Counted from the stretch's first letter, positions 13,586 through 28,204 are shown. The stretch is 64,000 nucleotides of DNA from Sminthopsis crassicaudata (GCF_048593235.1 NC_133620.1:98706852-98770851), one strand, 5' to 3'. The notes: generated from the sequence alone by a model not told the origin. Translations and numbers: made by a program.

Positions 13586-14756
13586 ATCAGGTGACTTTTA
13601 TGTGTCTTTTAAGAGATAAAAAGTGAAGTTAATTTCTTTTTCTTTGTTATGACCCTTAATTTTTTTCTCTTTGTGCCATTAATTTGTGTTAGAAAAATAT
13701 TCTTCCATATTAGGTTACTTGGAAAATGAAGTGGTCTGGAAGAAATGGGACACAATTCTGGATGACTCACTTTTTTGGAGAGCCATAGCACAATAGTATG
13801 AGAATTCTAAATGCTTAGTAATAGCCTTCAAATAAATGAGGTCATTGATTCTTCCTTAGAAGAATGTTATTTAATTCAGGGTCTAGGTATGATCTTTGCT
13901 CCTGAAGACCTACTAATAGTGGAGACCAGGGTCTAGGGTCCTGTTGGTATCAAATTCTCTGTGGAGGGGGAAAAAATCCTGGTAAAGGGTGGCAGGAGGA
14001 AGTACTTTCTGAAATTTCTTCTAGCCATAAACCTACTTTAACTTAATGTGCTCTGAGCACATATTGACTGCCTCATGGAAGCACAGAGATATGTGACAGC
14101 ATGCATAGTGAAGTTGTCCCATATTAAGCATTTCCCAGGGATATTCCATATGCAGAAACTTAGCCCCTGGCTGTGTTTAGCCAAGTGAAGAAGATAGGGC
14201 TAAAGGGTGTGCAAGATAAATCCCAGACTCAAATCTTTGAAAGGTTATGAAAAGTAGGAATGGAGAAGAGCTAGTGGGCTCACAGGTGGTAGAGGCTCTC
14301 TGGCTGTTTTCCATTATTAGAGTGTCCAGAGGAAAAAAGGAGAGACTGTGGTTTGACATCAATAAGATTGCAAAAGGATTTATAGTTATAGGATTATTAG
14401 GGGGCTTGGGATGATTTATCCCAACCCCCTGAATTTGCCGGTGAGGAAATGGAGGGCTAATGAGGTGAGTTATACATATAGAGTCAGAGGGGGCATTTGA
14501 TGAAATAAACACAAAATGAGTCTTGGATGATTTTGGTAGCAATGCATGAGATGACTTCTTCATGATAAAAGTCTAGTATCTTGGCAACTCCAGCCCATCT
14601 TGCTTAAGGGAAAGCTATTGTCCAGGTGTAATGCAATCTTGCCCTCAGCAACTGTTTCTTTTGAACAAAATATGCCATAATTTCATGACCCTTTCAAAAT
14701 TTCATTGAAACTTTATGGGGTCATATTTAACTTCCTTTGCATTAAAATACTTCTAG

Positions 14757-14901
14757 TTTTTTTTTCCCTGAGGCAATTGGGGTTAAGTTATTTACCCAGA
14801 GTCACACAGCTAGGAAATGTTAAGTGTCTGAGATCACATTTGAATTCAGATCCTCCTGACTTCAGGGTTGGTGTTTTATCTACTACACCAACTAGCTGCC
14901 C
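14757..14901 (-). mobile_element. Short marsupial SINE (WSINE1-like) with perfect 19-bp TSD
   Basis: tgcattaaaatacttctag at 14738-14756 and 14902-14920. Confidence 0.9.
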
Positions 14902-16489
14902 TGCATTAAAATACTTCTAGAGAAGAACACAGGGCATGAGACACAAAAAGACAAGCAGAAAAACACAAAGATATCATATTAACTGAAAAAAAAACCCTAA
15001 TGTTTTTGGAGTCAAAAGAATTGGGTTAAAAACCACAACTTTTTAATGTTATTGACTACCTGTGTGAAATTTGGCCAAGTCATGTAATTTCTTAATATTA
15101 CATATAAAGCCCTTTGTTGCCTTCCTTCCCAAAAAGAAGGTGTTGGTATATATGATTTTTATTTTGTATATTTATCTATTTGATATAAATGATTTCTAAC
15201 ACCTCTTATGGAGCAGCTAGAGTGAGAGTGCTGGCCCTAATATGAGGAAGAAGAATCTCAGACACATTAGCTCTGTGATTCTGGGCAAGTCACTTAAAGC
15301 TGTTTGCCTCAGTTTTCTCACCTGTGAAATGAACTGGAGAAGGAGATGACAAACAACTTCAATATCTTTGCCAAGAAAACCCCAGATAGGTCACAAAGAG
15401 TCAAACATGACTAAATAACAAAAAGCTCATTCCAACCTCTTAATCTCTAATTTTCTAAATCTCATTTTCTTTTCTTTTTTAGATAGATTATATAATAGAT
15501 CATATTATTCAATAATTCATAGTATTCATAGTATATGAATAGTATAGTATAAATTCAATAATTTATAGTAAAAACAATAACAAAAGAATATATTTACATA
15601 TAACTTTAATTATCTCGGCCTTCCTGACTCTTTTTCTGAAGCACTATTGAATATTTCATACTGCTTTCTCCATGGATGCAAATTCCAATACATTTATGCC
15701 CTTTTATACATATTGTTTGACTATTATCCATATTTTTACATAGACTAAATCTAATTGTCTAAAATATAAGATGTGCCTTCTATACCCAAGGAGCAAACTC
15801 TGGCCTCCCTTGTCCATCTCCTCAAAGGAAAGGGGGAGGACAGATAAGGAAAATATCATTTTAAATCTTGGGGCTTCAGCAGGCTGCTTCTCAGATATTA
15901 CTGGCCCAACCCAACAGCTGGGAATGACAAGTATATTCCAGCAGGTGACATCAGCATCTTTTCCAATCTAACATCTAAGGGGAGAAGCTACTTTTAATGG
16001 GGAGGAATCTAGTGGTGAGAGGAGGAAGGGAAAGATGATTTTGTACAAGCAACTTTCTCATGTGAAACTCTTTTTTGTTTTACCACACTCCATATCCCTG
16101 AAGATCAGGGACCAAGGCCTGGATTAACTGAGGCAAAGTGGAACAGGTGCATGCTAGGAAAAATGTGACTAAATGATGGTTTATATAAAAAAGATATGAA
16201 AATTTTAGTGAACTTGATTAATTAAACAGTGAGTCACAATGAGTCTCTATAGAAACCAAAAAAGGCAGTAAAATCATTTTCTTTTGGAGCCCTTTGATTT
16301 CATATGAGTAGGGAAATCCTCTCCATCAAAGCAGATCAACAATTCTCTCTAACTCTGAGTGCTAGGGATACTAAGAGGTTAAGTGCTTCGCTGATCATAT
16401 GGCTAGTATGGACTTCAATACAGGATTTTCTCTCTCCAGGGTCAAGTGTCTACCCACAATACCATGCTTCCTTTTAAATCAGTCATTAA

Positions 16490-17215
16490 AGCAAGTGTCC
16501 AGGATCAGGGAGATGCTAGTCCCACTGTTTGGGACTCAGACCCATGATATTCTGAAGTATTGTGTTCAGTTATGAAGGTCACATTTTATAAAGGACATTG
16601 ACAATCTGGAGGAATTCCTGAATTAAACATGAAGAACAACAAGGCTGGTGAATGCATTAGGAATCATGCTGTTCTAGGCTGGGTCTGACTCACACCAGTC
16701 CCCAGGGAGTATAAACTCAGTATATCAGTATTGGAATGAAACAAGACACTCATAGGCTTTTAACACTCAACAAAGAGAGATTTTCTTAGACGTAGCCAGA
16801 CAAGAATGTATTGAGGACAACCTGAATTAATTCAGCTGAGTGAAGTTCTCCCTAACTTTGAGTCACCCACAATAGTCTAATAGCCAAATGTTTTATAATT
16901 ATTGGATTTTTATGGTTATTTTTAGTCAACCAGGAAGTGATATCAATAGTCTGAGGCTTTAGTCATCTGAGCCAATTAAGTTTTGAGGATGATTATGTCT
17001 TTTAAAGAAAAACTAGCCTAACTTTCATGGGAGTGGGAGGGTAGGAGGTAAGGATACTATTCTCAAATCAAATGACATACAAGAATCAGTTAATTGCACT
17101 TATCATGTTTAATTTAAAGAAGAGGACACTAAGGGAGGATGTAATAGTTACTTCAAGTATTTGAAAGGCTGTCTTCTGAAAGAGAGATTAAACTTGTGTA
17201 TTTAAGAATAATCTC
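16490..17215 (+). mobile_element. CR1/L3 3' fragment, split by the LTR
   Basis: tattgtgttcagtt...aaggacattgacaatctggag and gttacttcaagtatttgaaaggctgtc resemble the L3 ORF2 end. Confidence 0.7.
16670..17077 (-). mobile_element. Solo LTR interrupting a CR1/L3 fragment
   Basis: TG...CA termini; CCAAT and TATAAAA on the minus strand; L3 sequence at 16490-16669 resumes at ~17078. Confidence 0.65.
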
Positions 17216-17508
17216 TGCTACTTTTAATTCTCTATCTGGTAAAATGGAGTTCTCAGAGAAGGACTATCCTCATATAGCTATAATTCAAACTTTCCTGGGG
17301 TCTCCTTGTGGAAGGATATATTCCTTCTACTCACCATTATAGCTCTTGAGCCCCCAACAATGTAATTCCCATTTATATGAAACCATTAATCCTGATACAA
17401 TTAAGTCTTGACCATAAAACACTCCCACTACTCACCACTGTAGATCTTGAGCCCCCAACAATGTGATTCCCATTTATATGGAACCAATAATTATGACACC
17501 ATTAAATC

Positions 17509-18140
17509 TTTTTTATTGAAGCTTTTTATTTTCAAAATTAATGCAAGGATAATTTTTCACCATTGATCCTTGCAAAACCTTGTGTTCCAATTTCCCCCCT
17601 TTTTTCTACTCCCTCCCCTAGATGGCAAGTAATCCAATATATGTTAAACATGGTAAAATATATATGTAAATTGAATATATGCATATGTATTTATACAATT
17701 CTCTTGCTGCACAAAAAAGAGATCAAAAAGGAAAAGCAAACAACAATAAAAGAAGTAAAAAATGCTACGTTGTGATCCACACTCAGTTGCCACAGTTCTC
17801 TCTCTGGGTGTATATGGCTCTCATCATCACAAGATCATTGGAACTGACATCAGTCATCTCATTGTTGAGGAGAGCCACGTCCATCAGAATTGATCATCAT
17901 ATAATATTGATGTTTTTTTGTACAATGACCTCCTGGTTCTACTTGTTTCACTCAGCATCAGTTCATATAATTCTCTCCAGGCCTCTCTGAAATCATCCTG
18001 TTGATCATTTCTTATAGAACAATAATATTCCATAACATTTATATACTATAATTTATTTATCCATTCCCCAACTGATGGACATTCACTCAGTTTTCAGTTT
18101 CTTACCACTATAAAAGGGCTGCCATAAACTTTTTTTGCAC
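17509..18140 (-). mobile_element. L1 3' fragment with 16-bp TSD atgacaccattaaatc (second copy split by a SINE)
   Basis: TSD at 17493-17508 and at 18141-18153 plus 18318-18320. Confidence 0.85.
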
Positions 18141-18153
18141 ATGACACCATTAA

Positions 18154-18307
18154 TTTTTTTTTTTTTTTTTTGCTAAGCAATTGGGGTTAAGTGACTTGCC
18201 TAGGATCACACATCCAGGAAGTGTTAAGTGTCTGAAATCAGATTTGAACTCAAGTCTTCCTGATTTCAAGGCTGGTGCTCTTGCACTATACCACCTTAAC
18301 TGCCCCA
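18154..18307 (-). mobile_element. Short marsupial tRNA/CORE SINE (WSINE1-like) with 10-bp TSD
   Basis: T-tract, ttggggttaagtgacttgcc...gatttgaactca; acaccattaa at 18144-18153 and 18308-18317. Confidence 0.85.
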
Positions 18308-20519
18308 ACACCATTAAATCTTAACCATAAAACACTCCTACCATTCACCACTATAAATCTTGAGCTCCACCAGTGTGATTGAAATCTGTAACCATAACAC
18401 CATTAAATCTTAATCATAAAGCACTTATTAATACGATAAAAGAAAGAATCATTGCAACATCACAGTTATTACAAAAATAAGCAAAATATCATAGTCTATC
18501 CATAAATCTGTATCTTATTCTCACTAATTCACTTAATGCTGATAGAGAATAGAAGGCACACTCTTGTAGAAACCTAACCTAGTGGCATATGATTGAGGAA
18601 ATCCCTATGCTCAGGACTCATAATTCTAGACCACAGGCTTTGATGTTCCCTTATGTTTATGAACAATCAGCACCACATGAAGCTGCTTTTCTACTAGCTT
18701 TTCCCTTTCTGATCCTCTTCATTCTCCTGCTAGGCAAATCTTTTCTCTTATCTTAAGCCCATGAAGCTGTCTCAGCTCAAAAGCAGTCTCAACATAGCTC
18801 CGAGAAAGCATTATGTTATGGTAGTGCCCAAAAGTTCTTTCAAGTCAAAGAACTACAAAGCTGCCTGTTTGGGCAATGCAGGCAAGCCCAGCAGCCAGCT
18901 CTTCAACTAACAGGATTCTGCTTTGTGCAATCAGTTCCAAACCTCTTCTTATAGCAAAAAAGTTGCAGTCAGCTTTTCCCCTTCTCTTTCTCTCTTTTAA
19001 ATTAGAAAGAGCAGCAGAGATCAACCAAACTAAAAACTTAAACTAAGAGGTTAAAAAAAAAAAAAGAAGGTAATAGCTCAAACAAAAAGCAGGATCCAGC
19101 TTGAAGTCTTTCAGCAATTGTTGAAGCCTTTTGTCTAGTTAATCTACAAAGCAATACTTCTCCCAATCACAGCAATTTAAGAATTCTCAGCAACAGACTC
19201 TATGACTGGCTTCTTAACTGCTTTTAACACTTTAATTAGAGCTACTTGGTGGTAGATGACTCATCTTTCCTTTAAAAGGTAAAACTCAAAAATCTGTCAC
19301 ATATAAACACAATAGTTCTTATTAAATATTTCCTTTGTTTGCAGACAGTTATTTAGTTTGCCATCTGGATAGTTATAACCATGATAACTCTAAAAAAATA
19401 ACGGTCACAGAAATAAACTGGAAAACCATGATACATTATAAGCTCAATCATTTCCCTACATGCTCTTTCTAGTCATCTAAGGAGCAAAGAATGCTTGATT
19501 TAGTTCTGCTAACGTCTGCCTCTCCTTCACATTTTATCTGAGAAATTGTGCTTCTTTAAAAATAGATTTTTAAATCAGTTTTTCATCCATAAAAACTTTT
19601 GTCTGAAGCTTAATAGCATATGTGACAAGACAGTATCTTACATCTTTCACCAATAGATTTCATCAGTTTTCCTCACTCACGTGTTTTCCTCTGCTCTTTT
19701 TGATGACCCTTCTGTTCACATATAAAAAGGGCAGCACCTTACACTTATTCTGCTTGGTCCCACAGAGCAATAAGTAGTAGTGGTGAATGCAAATTGCGAA
19801 GATTTTGACTCAATATAAAAAAAATACTTTCTAATAATTAGAGTGGTCCAGAAATAGAATTAATTGCTTTGAACACACATACGTATGTGTGTTTGTGTAT
19901 AAAACTTTATTTTTTATTATATTCATGTGTAAATTGTCTCCCCTAATAAAAAAGAAACTTCTGAGGGGAAAATGCTGTTTCATTTTTTTGTCTTTGTATG
20001 CTCAGTGTCTGACACATATTGGTTCTTAATAAATGCTTGTTGATTGATTGATTCAGATAGAGATTGGATTAGAACCTTTTTTCCACTTACCACCCCTTTT
20101 TGCCTAAGAAATTTTTAAATAATCTCAGATATAGAGTTATATAAAATAAGCATACAAATTAAGCATTTACTGTTAATAAATCATAAATTTATTTCAAAAT
20201 AGTTCTTTGGCATACATATAATTTTAACATTTATTAAAAAAGAAAGAAAGTTTATTTGCATGCTAATGAGAAGGATGTTCTTGTTTATTTTTACATAAAG
20301 AATTAAATCTTAGTGGAATATTTGGTACTTTTTACTGTTGTCAATTTTTTCATGATTCTCATATTCAGTTATACAATACCATACTGGATCATGACCCACA
20401 ATTTAAAAAATTTTGAGGACCTCTGAAATTCCTTTCAGCTCTTAGATTCCATGATTCTGTGAATATTCCCTATTGAAAAGCCTCTTTTTCAAGTCATCCT
20501 CAAATTCAAGAGAAAATAT

Positions 20520-22070
20520 GACAGTCAGTCAAAAAATATTTCTTTGTGCTCAGACACTATGCTAAATGCTTAAAGGTATAATGAAAGGTAAAAGACAATC
20601 CCTGTTCACAGGAGCTCACAGTATAATTGGGAAAACAACAGAGAAACAAATATATACAATGATAATGATGAATGATGATGATAGCTAACATTTATATATG
20701 GCAAACACTGTGTTATGTGCTTTACAATTATTATCTCCTTCAGTCCTCACAACAACTTCAGGAGGAAGGTGTTATTATTATCCACTATTCAGATAAGAAA
20801 ACAGGCAAAATTATTTTTATATGGTCACACAGCTAAGTAAGTGTCAGGCTGAACTTGAACTCAGGTCTTCTTGACTTCAGACTCAGAATGCTATATTCAC
20901 TGCCCCATCAAGCTCCTAGTATAAGTTACAGTAACAAGAAATGGAAGACACTAGAATGAATGGGGATCAGGAAAGCGTTCCCCTAAAAGGTGGGATTTTA
21001 GTTGGATCTTGAAGGAAGCCAGGAAACCAGTAGATAGAAGTGAGAAGGTAGAATATTCTGGGAATGAGGGAAAGCCAGTGAAAATGTTTACTTGGAGCCA
21101 AAGATTTGAATTAATCATAAGGAAGAGCTTCTTTAAAAGCTTTTTATTAATATCTCATTTTAAAGTCATCTTAATTTCCAAATATATCCCTCTCCATCCC
21201 TCTCCCAGAGAGGCATTTCTTATAATAAAGAAGAAGAAAGAAGACGAAAACTTTACAAATCTAATCAATTCAACTAAGTCCAAGATTATATTCAATCAAT
21301 CAAACAACAAGCACTTATTAAGTGCTTACTATATGCCAGGTACTGTGCTGAGCTCTTGCGGGAGAGGGAAAACAGAAAAACAAAAGCAAAAGTACCCTTC
21401 CCCTCAAACCAAGGAGATAAATATATACAATATACAAAAACCACAAATATTAACTAACCTTGGATAGAAAGGGGCAAGTAGCTGAGTGGGTTCCAGGGAA
21501 AGTTTTCTGTAGAAAGTAGTGCTTGAATGGAATAACAATGAAGAGTACTCCTGTTATGGGGAACAATTAATGATAAGCATAGAGAGGAGAGATGGAGTAT
21601 TAAGGGAGGGAAGCATCAAGTGGACCAGTATGGTTGAACCATAGAGTCCATAGAGGGGTGAAGAGTTAGGAAGGAACTAGGTAGTGGGAGGCTTTAAATG
21701 TCAATTGGAAGAACTGAGCCTTTGTAGACATAATAGGACCCCACTGGTGTTTCTTGAATTGGGAGGGGAAATGTGTTTTGGGAAAATCACTTTGGTAATT
21801 ATTTGGAGAATGAATTGGGGTGGAAGAAGATTAGGCAGGAGTCCAATTAGAGTGCTAATCTAATAGTTCAAATTAGAGTTAATAGAGGCCTGACCTAGGG
21901 TGGTAGCTGTGTAAGTGGAAAGAAGGCGACATATTTAAGAGATTTTGTGAAGGTAGAAATAAGATTTTGCAATTAATTGTTTAAATGGGATACATAAGGA
22001 CAGAGAGTCAAGGAGGATACCACAGTCATGAACCTGAGTGACTAGAATTGCCCTTGACAGTAATAGGAAA
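20520..22070 (-). mobile_element. Fragmented L2 with an inserted MIR (~20690-20920)
   Basis: cagtcagtcaaaaaatatt, aagcacttattaagtgcttactatatgccagg, gattttgtgaaggtagaaat. Confidence 0.7.
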
Positions 22071-24699
22071 ATTGTATTCCAATTATATTTTTCTATCCCT
22101 ACAAATATGGGAGGGAGATATATTCTTGTATCTCTTCTTTAGGGCCAAGTTTGGATAATATAATTATATTTAGTTTTGATGTTGAATTGTATCATTTTCC
22201 TGGTTCTGCCCACTATTACATGAACTAGCATTAGTTCATGTAAATCTTTCCATGGTTCTTCATGAACTTACATTCTTATACTATGTTTTCATTTAGTTAT
22301 TCCCATATTGATGAGCAGTTACTTTCTTCCTAGTTCTTCGATACTAAAAAACAATCCCCTATAAATATTTTGGTATATATAAGATCATTTAATCTTTGAC
22401 CTCTATGTGGTATATGCCTAGTTAGTGAGATCTCTGGGTAAAAAGAGTAAGGACATTTGAGTTACTTAGCATAATTCTAAATAAGGAAAGACTTTTAAAG
22501 GATCATTCCATACAAAACCTAAAATTGGACCTATATGAAGGTGTCTGTGAAAGAGTCTTGTACCAAAAGTCAGAGGCTTCATATTGAAATCACCCTTCTG
22601 ATACTTTGACTTTGGTCAAGTCATTTAATAAATTCTAAGCTCTTTTACATTATAAATTTAATTCTCTGTTGTTTAAACTACTAGTTTAGTTAAATAAAGA
22701 CACTTTTATTTAAGTAATTGCTATTTAAAATCACTATGTTAAATGAAACAGATGTAAAAATGAAACACAACATAGTTCCAAGAGTGATAAAGCATGTTTA
22801 ATTCAGCCCACCTCAGTGGTAGGCCTCTTGAAGACTAGAACAGGTTTAAGGCTTGATTGGGGGAAATAGCCATAGTTTACAAGCCCCCACCAATATTCCT
22901 TTCATCAGACCAACTAGTGGAAGATTAACAGCTCAAGGCAATATATCATTTAATTAAAAATTATAGCAAGTCAATGGCACTCTCCCTTATAAATACAATA
23001 CCTACAATAAGCCAATATCCCATCTCCTTATCTTGAACCCTTGTTTTCGTCATAGGAGAAGGACCAAAGCTCGTTATAGGCCGTCTCACTGAATGCCAAA
23101 TATCCCCTCTCCTTTTCCAACACACTGAAAGGAAGTTTATTTCACTTTTCACAGAAGGTCCTAGGAAAACTTTTTTTGTAGTTTTAGAACTGAAAGGGGA
23201 CTTTCAGTATTAGAAATAGCAAACACTAAAGCTGGTATCATGACTCCTTTATCCTGGAATCCCAGTTGAAGGCAAAGCTTCCTGGAGCATGATTCTAACA
23301 GTGCCTTGCCTTAGTTAGAATCATGGCTGTTTGTCCTGTGTCACGTGGTCCAAGAACAGATGCCATAATCCTCTGGGGCTCTAATTTCAAATCCTTCTTA
23401 CTCAGAGAGACATCCTTTGATCCTGAGCCTTGTAGATTATAGGCTGGCATGTAATATTCAAGACTTCTTCCTAGCACAGCTCTCTGCCCCCAAACTTTGT
23501 GAAAGATAGAGTTCAGTGAGATTGTGTTTACTTAGAAGGCATAGTATTCATAAATATGCAGAAAATAACCATGAAGTAAGGGGAAGTCTGATTATAAAGA
23601 TGGGATCCAGGCAAAATAATATAAAGAAATTCACAGGAGAAGGATCATTTCAAGCTAGTGGAGAGGGTGTCAAGGATAGAATTGGGGAGAGGCTGTTGGA
23701 GAAATGTGGAAAAACTTAGGGAATTTAGTATCCAACCAGAATTGGATATTTAAAAAAAGGAAAGCTGTAAGTGCCAGAATGTATGTCTAGAGAAAGAGGT
23801 AAGCCCAAGACAGATCACTGGGGAACCGCCCCAATTAAGGAAAAAGAGAATATTGAGGGTAGGTGAAGGAGAGAGAAGTATGCCTCAGGACGCATTTTAA
23901 AATTTAATCTGCATTATAATAACTTCTCCATTACTTTCTTAAATGTAGGCAAGTAACAAAACAGTGATTCACAGCCTGATTTGTAGTGTAGTGTAAATGG
24001 TGTAAATATTCCCATTTAAAATGTAACAGTTGATTCCTGAGAGATTTGATTCCACTGCACTCCTGCCAAGGACCCAAATAGAAGAGGTATTATTTATGGA
24101 TAGCCAAGGGACAGCCTATTATGGTCAACAATGCTGAAACTGAAAAAAGTAAAATGAAATGGCCTAATGCTAACTACTTCTGCAATCAGACTTTTTGCAC
24201 CTTTGTCAAAATTCTATCATTAGAGTTTCATAACTTCCAGTTGAGGATTCAGAAGTCCTTTGGGAGTGGGAATACATTATAAAATTCTCAGCTTTATAAC
24301 ACATTATGGTTTGAAAAGCACTTTGTTCACAAGAGCACTGTGAAGTCAGCAGTAAAAATGTTGTTATTCTCATATTAAAAATGATTATAAATGAAGCTTG
24401 CAGTGGTCAATGAATGAACCCAGGTCCAGTAAGTAAGTCGCAGCGCCAGGATCTGAGTTCATGTCTTGTGACTTGTCATGGTCAATGAGACAGAAAGAAT
24501 TAGAGATGAGATTTTAACTCAGATCCTTCTGGAGTTTTTAGAGGACAGAATTATTCAATGGAAAAATTGTTGCTAGATTTCAGAATGAGAAGACTTTGAT
24601 TCAAATTACAGGCACACCTTGTTATATTCTGTATAGCCTTGTGCAATCCAATTCAACATGCACTGGTTAAGTATTTACTTTGTACAAAGTACTGTGTTT

Positions 24700-26228
24700 A
24701 AAAGGAAGATGGTCTAGCTATACCAGATCTAAAATTATATTTTAAAAAGTGATGGTCATCAAAACCATTTGTGGTGGCTAAGAAATAGACCAGAGGATTA
24801 GTGGAATAAGCTTGGTTAGGTTCACAATACACGTAGTCAATGACTATAGTTATCTAGTATTTGATAAATCCAAAGACTGGGATAAGAATTGCCTGGAAAA
24901 CTGAAAATAGTGGGGATCAAACAACATCTAACACACTATACCAAGATAAAGTTGAAATGGGTTCACAATTTAGATATAAAAAGTAATACTTTAAGTAAAT
25001 TAGAAGAACAACGAATAGCCTATCTCTCAGATCTGTGGAGAAGGAAAGAATTTATGTTCAAAGAAGCATTAGAGAACATTATAAAATGCAAAATGGATAA
25101 TTTTTGGTTATGTTAAATTAAAAAGATTTTGCACTAAAAAAACCAATTAGAAGGGAAGCAGGAAACCGAGAGAAAAATTTTATAGTCATTTTTTCTGACT
25201 CATTTCTAAAATATATAGAGAATTGAGTCAAAATTTTAAGAATAAAAGCCATTTCCTACTTCATAAATGGTCAAAAGATATGAACAGACAATTTTAAGAA
25301 GTTAAAGTCATTTTGAGTCATATAAAAAAATGCTCTAAATCATTACTGATTAAAGAGATGCAAATTAAGACAACTCTCAGGTACCACTTCACATCTCTCA
25401 GATTCATTAAGATGATAAAAAAAAATATAATGATAAATGTTATAGGGAAAACTGGGACACTAATGCATTGTTGGTGGAGCTGTGAAATGATTCAGTCATT
25501 TTGGAGAGCAATTTGGAACTATATGCAAAAAGATTATATCTCTAATGGGCTTATATCCTGAAGAGACAATTAAAAAAGGAAAAGGACCCACATAGGCAAA
25601 AATGTTGGTAGTAGCTCTTTTTGTAGTAGCAAGGAAAAGGAAATTGAATGGATTCCCATCATTTGGGGAATGGCTGAATAAGTTATGGAATATTATTGTT
25701 CTATAAGAAATGATGAGCAGGCTGAGTTCAAAAAAACCTGAAAAGATTTACTTGAATTGATGCTAAGTGAAGTGAACAGAACCAAGAGAACACTGTACAC
25801 AGTAGCAAGATTATGTGATAATCAACTGTAATGGATTTGGTTCTTTTCAATAATGAGGTGATTCAAAGCAATTCCAATAGACTTGTGATAGAAAGTGCTG
25901 TCCACATCCAGAGAGAACTATGGAGACTGAATGTGGATCAAATCATAATATTTTCATCTTTTGTTGTTGTGTGTTTGCTTTTTTTTTTCCTTCCTTGTTT
26001 TTTTTTTTCACCTTTTATATGATTTTTCTTGTACAGCATGACAAATATGAAAATATGTTTACAAGAATTGCTCATATTTAACCTATATTAAATTGCTTTC
26101 TAACTTGTGGATGGAAAAGGGAGAAGGAGAGGATGAAAAATTCGGAATACAAGGTTTTGCAAAGGTGAATGTTGAAAACTATTTTTGCATGTATTTGGAA
26201 AAATACATACTATAATAAAAAATAAAAT
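24700..26228 (+). mobile_element. Older 5'-truncated L1 (ORF2 C-terminus plus 3'UTR)
   Basis: Degenerate ORF2 pieces (HLTHYTKIKLKW, EMQIKTTLRYHFT, HCWWSCE), then L1 3'UTR and an A-rich tail. Confidence 0.9.
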
Positions 26229-27539
26229 CAAAATATTGTGCTTAAAATGATGCCAAGCCAAGTTATATAAGCTCATTTAAATCTCAATTTCCTTGATTAT
26301 AAAATGAAATAGTTAGATGAGATTCCCTTTAAGATGTCTTTCTACTTCCAGATCCTGGAAGCCTGGCCATATTTTAATCAAAGGATCTGATACATCAAAA
26401 CCTTTTACTTTTGAAATAAAATTTTTCATCCTGTTAATTCTTTTTGTGATATGGATTTTTTAAAAATGCACTATATCAATCAACAGTTTGGTCCATCAAG
26501 GTATTCTTAAATTCTGGTCCTTCTTTAAAACAATACTTTCCACTGAACTACCCTACCTTCTTTATAGCTGAATACCAAATTTGTCCACAAACTGAAGGCA
26601 GGTACAGCCAGAGCAGATAGTGAAATAATAGGTTCAGAACATGAGACTGTTACAAGACAGCAGTTGGAGATTTCAGATATTCAAAGAGTATAATAGCTAG
26701 GATCTCTCTATCACTTTAAGCTTGCAGAATGCTTTTCATGTATGATCTCATTTAATCCTTACAACAAATCTATAAGGTGTTGCTGTAGAGATTGTTATCC
26801 CCATCTTTTATGGAAGGAAGCTGAGCCTCAGTCACTTACCAGGGTCACATGACTTACATGTGAAAGATAGGATTACATTCTCTTATCAGCTAGATAGCAT
26901 GGTGGATAGAGTTTCAGACTTGGAAGGAAGAGAACCTGAATTTAAATACTACCTCAGGCAGAGACTTAGCTGTGTCATTCCGGGCAAGTCACTTAACTTA
27001 TCTCTGATTCAATTTCTTTATCTGCAAAACAGTAGTAATAATAGCTATTGTTCATTTTTTTTTTTTCAGTCCTGTCTAACTCTGCATGATCCCATGTTGG
27101 GGTTTCTTGGCAAAGATACTATAGTAGTGTGCCATTTTCTTTTTCAACTCATTTTATCGATGAGGAAACTGAGGCAAACAGGGCTAAGTGACTTGCCCTG
27201 GGTCACACAGGTAGTGCCTTAGGCCAGATTTGAAGTCAGAAAGATGACTCCTGACTTCTGACTCCTGTCTTGGTCCTTTATCCACTGCAACACCTCTCTT
27301 ATTCCCAAGGTTGTTGTGAGGATCAAGTTAAATAGTATATGGAAAACACTTTGCAAACCTTAAAACATGATTTAATTTTAGGAGTAAGGAGCCTGGAGAA
27401 AAGTGCTCAAATGAAACTTTATATAAATTTGTCATGGACAACTTCATTTATGATATAAAAAGAAAGCCACAGAGGAAATATCTAATAATTCACAGGAGAA
27501 AAAATTGGAACGAGGGTTGGACTCAGAGTTCATGGGCTC

Positions 27540-27900
27540 AGACATCAATGTATCAATGCCTAGAATATGAGTAATAAAGAAATTTATTAGTTTAATCCAA
27601 GAAAACAAATACAATCTCATAGGATTTATGAGAGTTGGAAAGATGGAAATGGAATATGGCTCTGGAAGGGTATGCCTCATATAAAAATCATTTAATTAAA
27701 TAGAAGGCGTGATAGAAACATGCAATGTCAAGAAGACATATACCTCTGTGGAAATTCATCATCTTGAAAGGGAAGCAGGGTGGACACATTTGACCATATA
27801 GATAAAATAAATACCACTTGGGTCAGGATAGAAGAAATAGATGTGAATGATTATGACAATATATTATAGACCCTTTGGTTAGAAGAAAGAAATTGGTATT
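27540..27900 (+). mobile_element. CR1/L3 ORF2 endonuclease-region remnant
   Basis: aatctcataggatttatgagagttgg...ggaatatggctctggaagggtat resembles L3 DLIGITETW..DWNV.MEGY. Confidence 0.6.
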
Positions 27901-28204
27901 CAGTTTCACAGAATTTGGGTTTAGAGGGACATCACTGGACACCCAGTCCAAGTTGGTCTGGAGAAATATCCCATTTATAATGCATCTAATGAGCTGTCAG
28001 CAAGGCATTGCTGTAAGATCTCAGGTAAAGGTGAAACCTACCATCCCTTGGGAGAATCAGTGCCATTTTTCTACAACTCCCATTGTTAGGAGTTTTCTCT
28101 TACACCCCGAAGAAATGCACTTCTTTGAAAATTCCATTCATTGCATGTTCTCCTGCCCTGTAGGGCCCAGAAAAACTAGTCTAACCAGAGATGAGCTAGA
28201 GCTA

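Larger units (their letters stand above)
17329..18425. repeat. Three-copy ~100-bp tandem repeat; copy 2 interrupted by the L1 and SINE
   Basis: Units share (a/c)tcacca(c/t)t(a/g)ta..tcttgagc.cc..ca.tgt.att ... acaccattaaatctt.a.cataaa.cact. Confidence 0.75.

Noticed and set aside
17329-18425. CRISPR-like repeat-spacer array
   Set aside because: Eukaryotic tandem repeat; the apparent spacers are retroelements bounded by TSDs.
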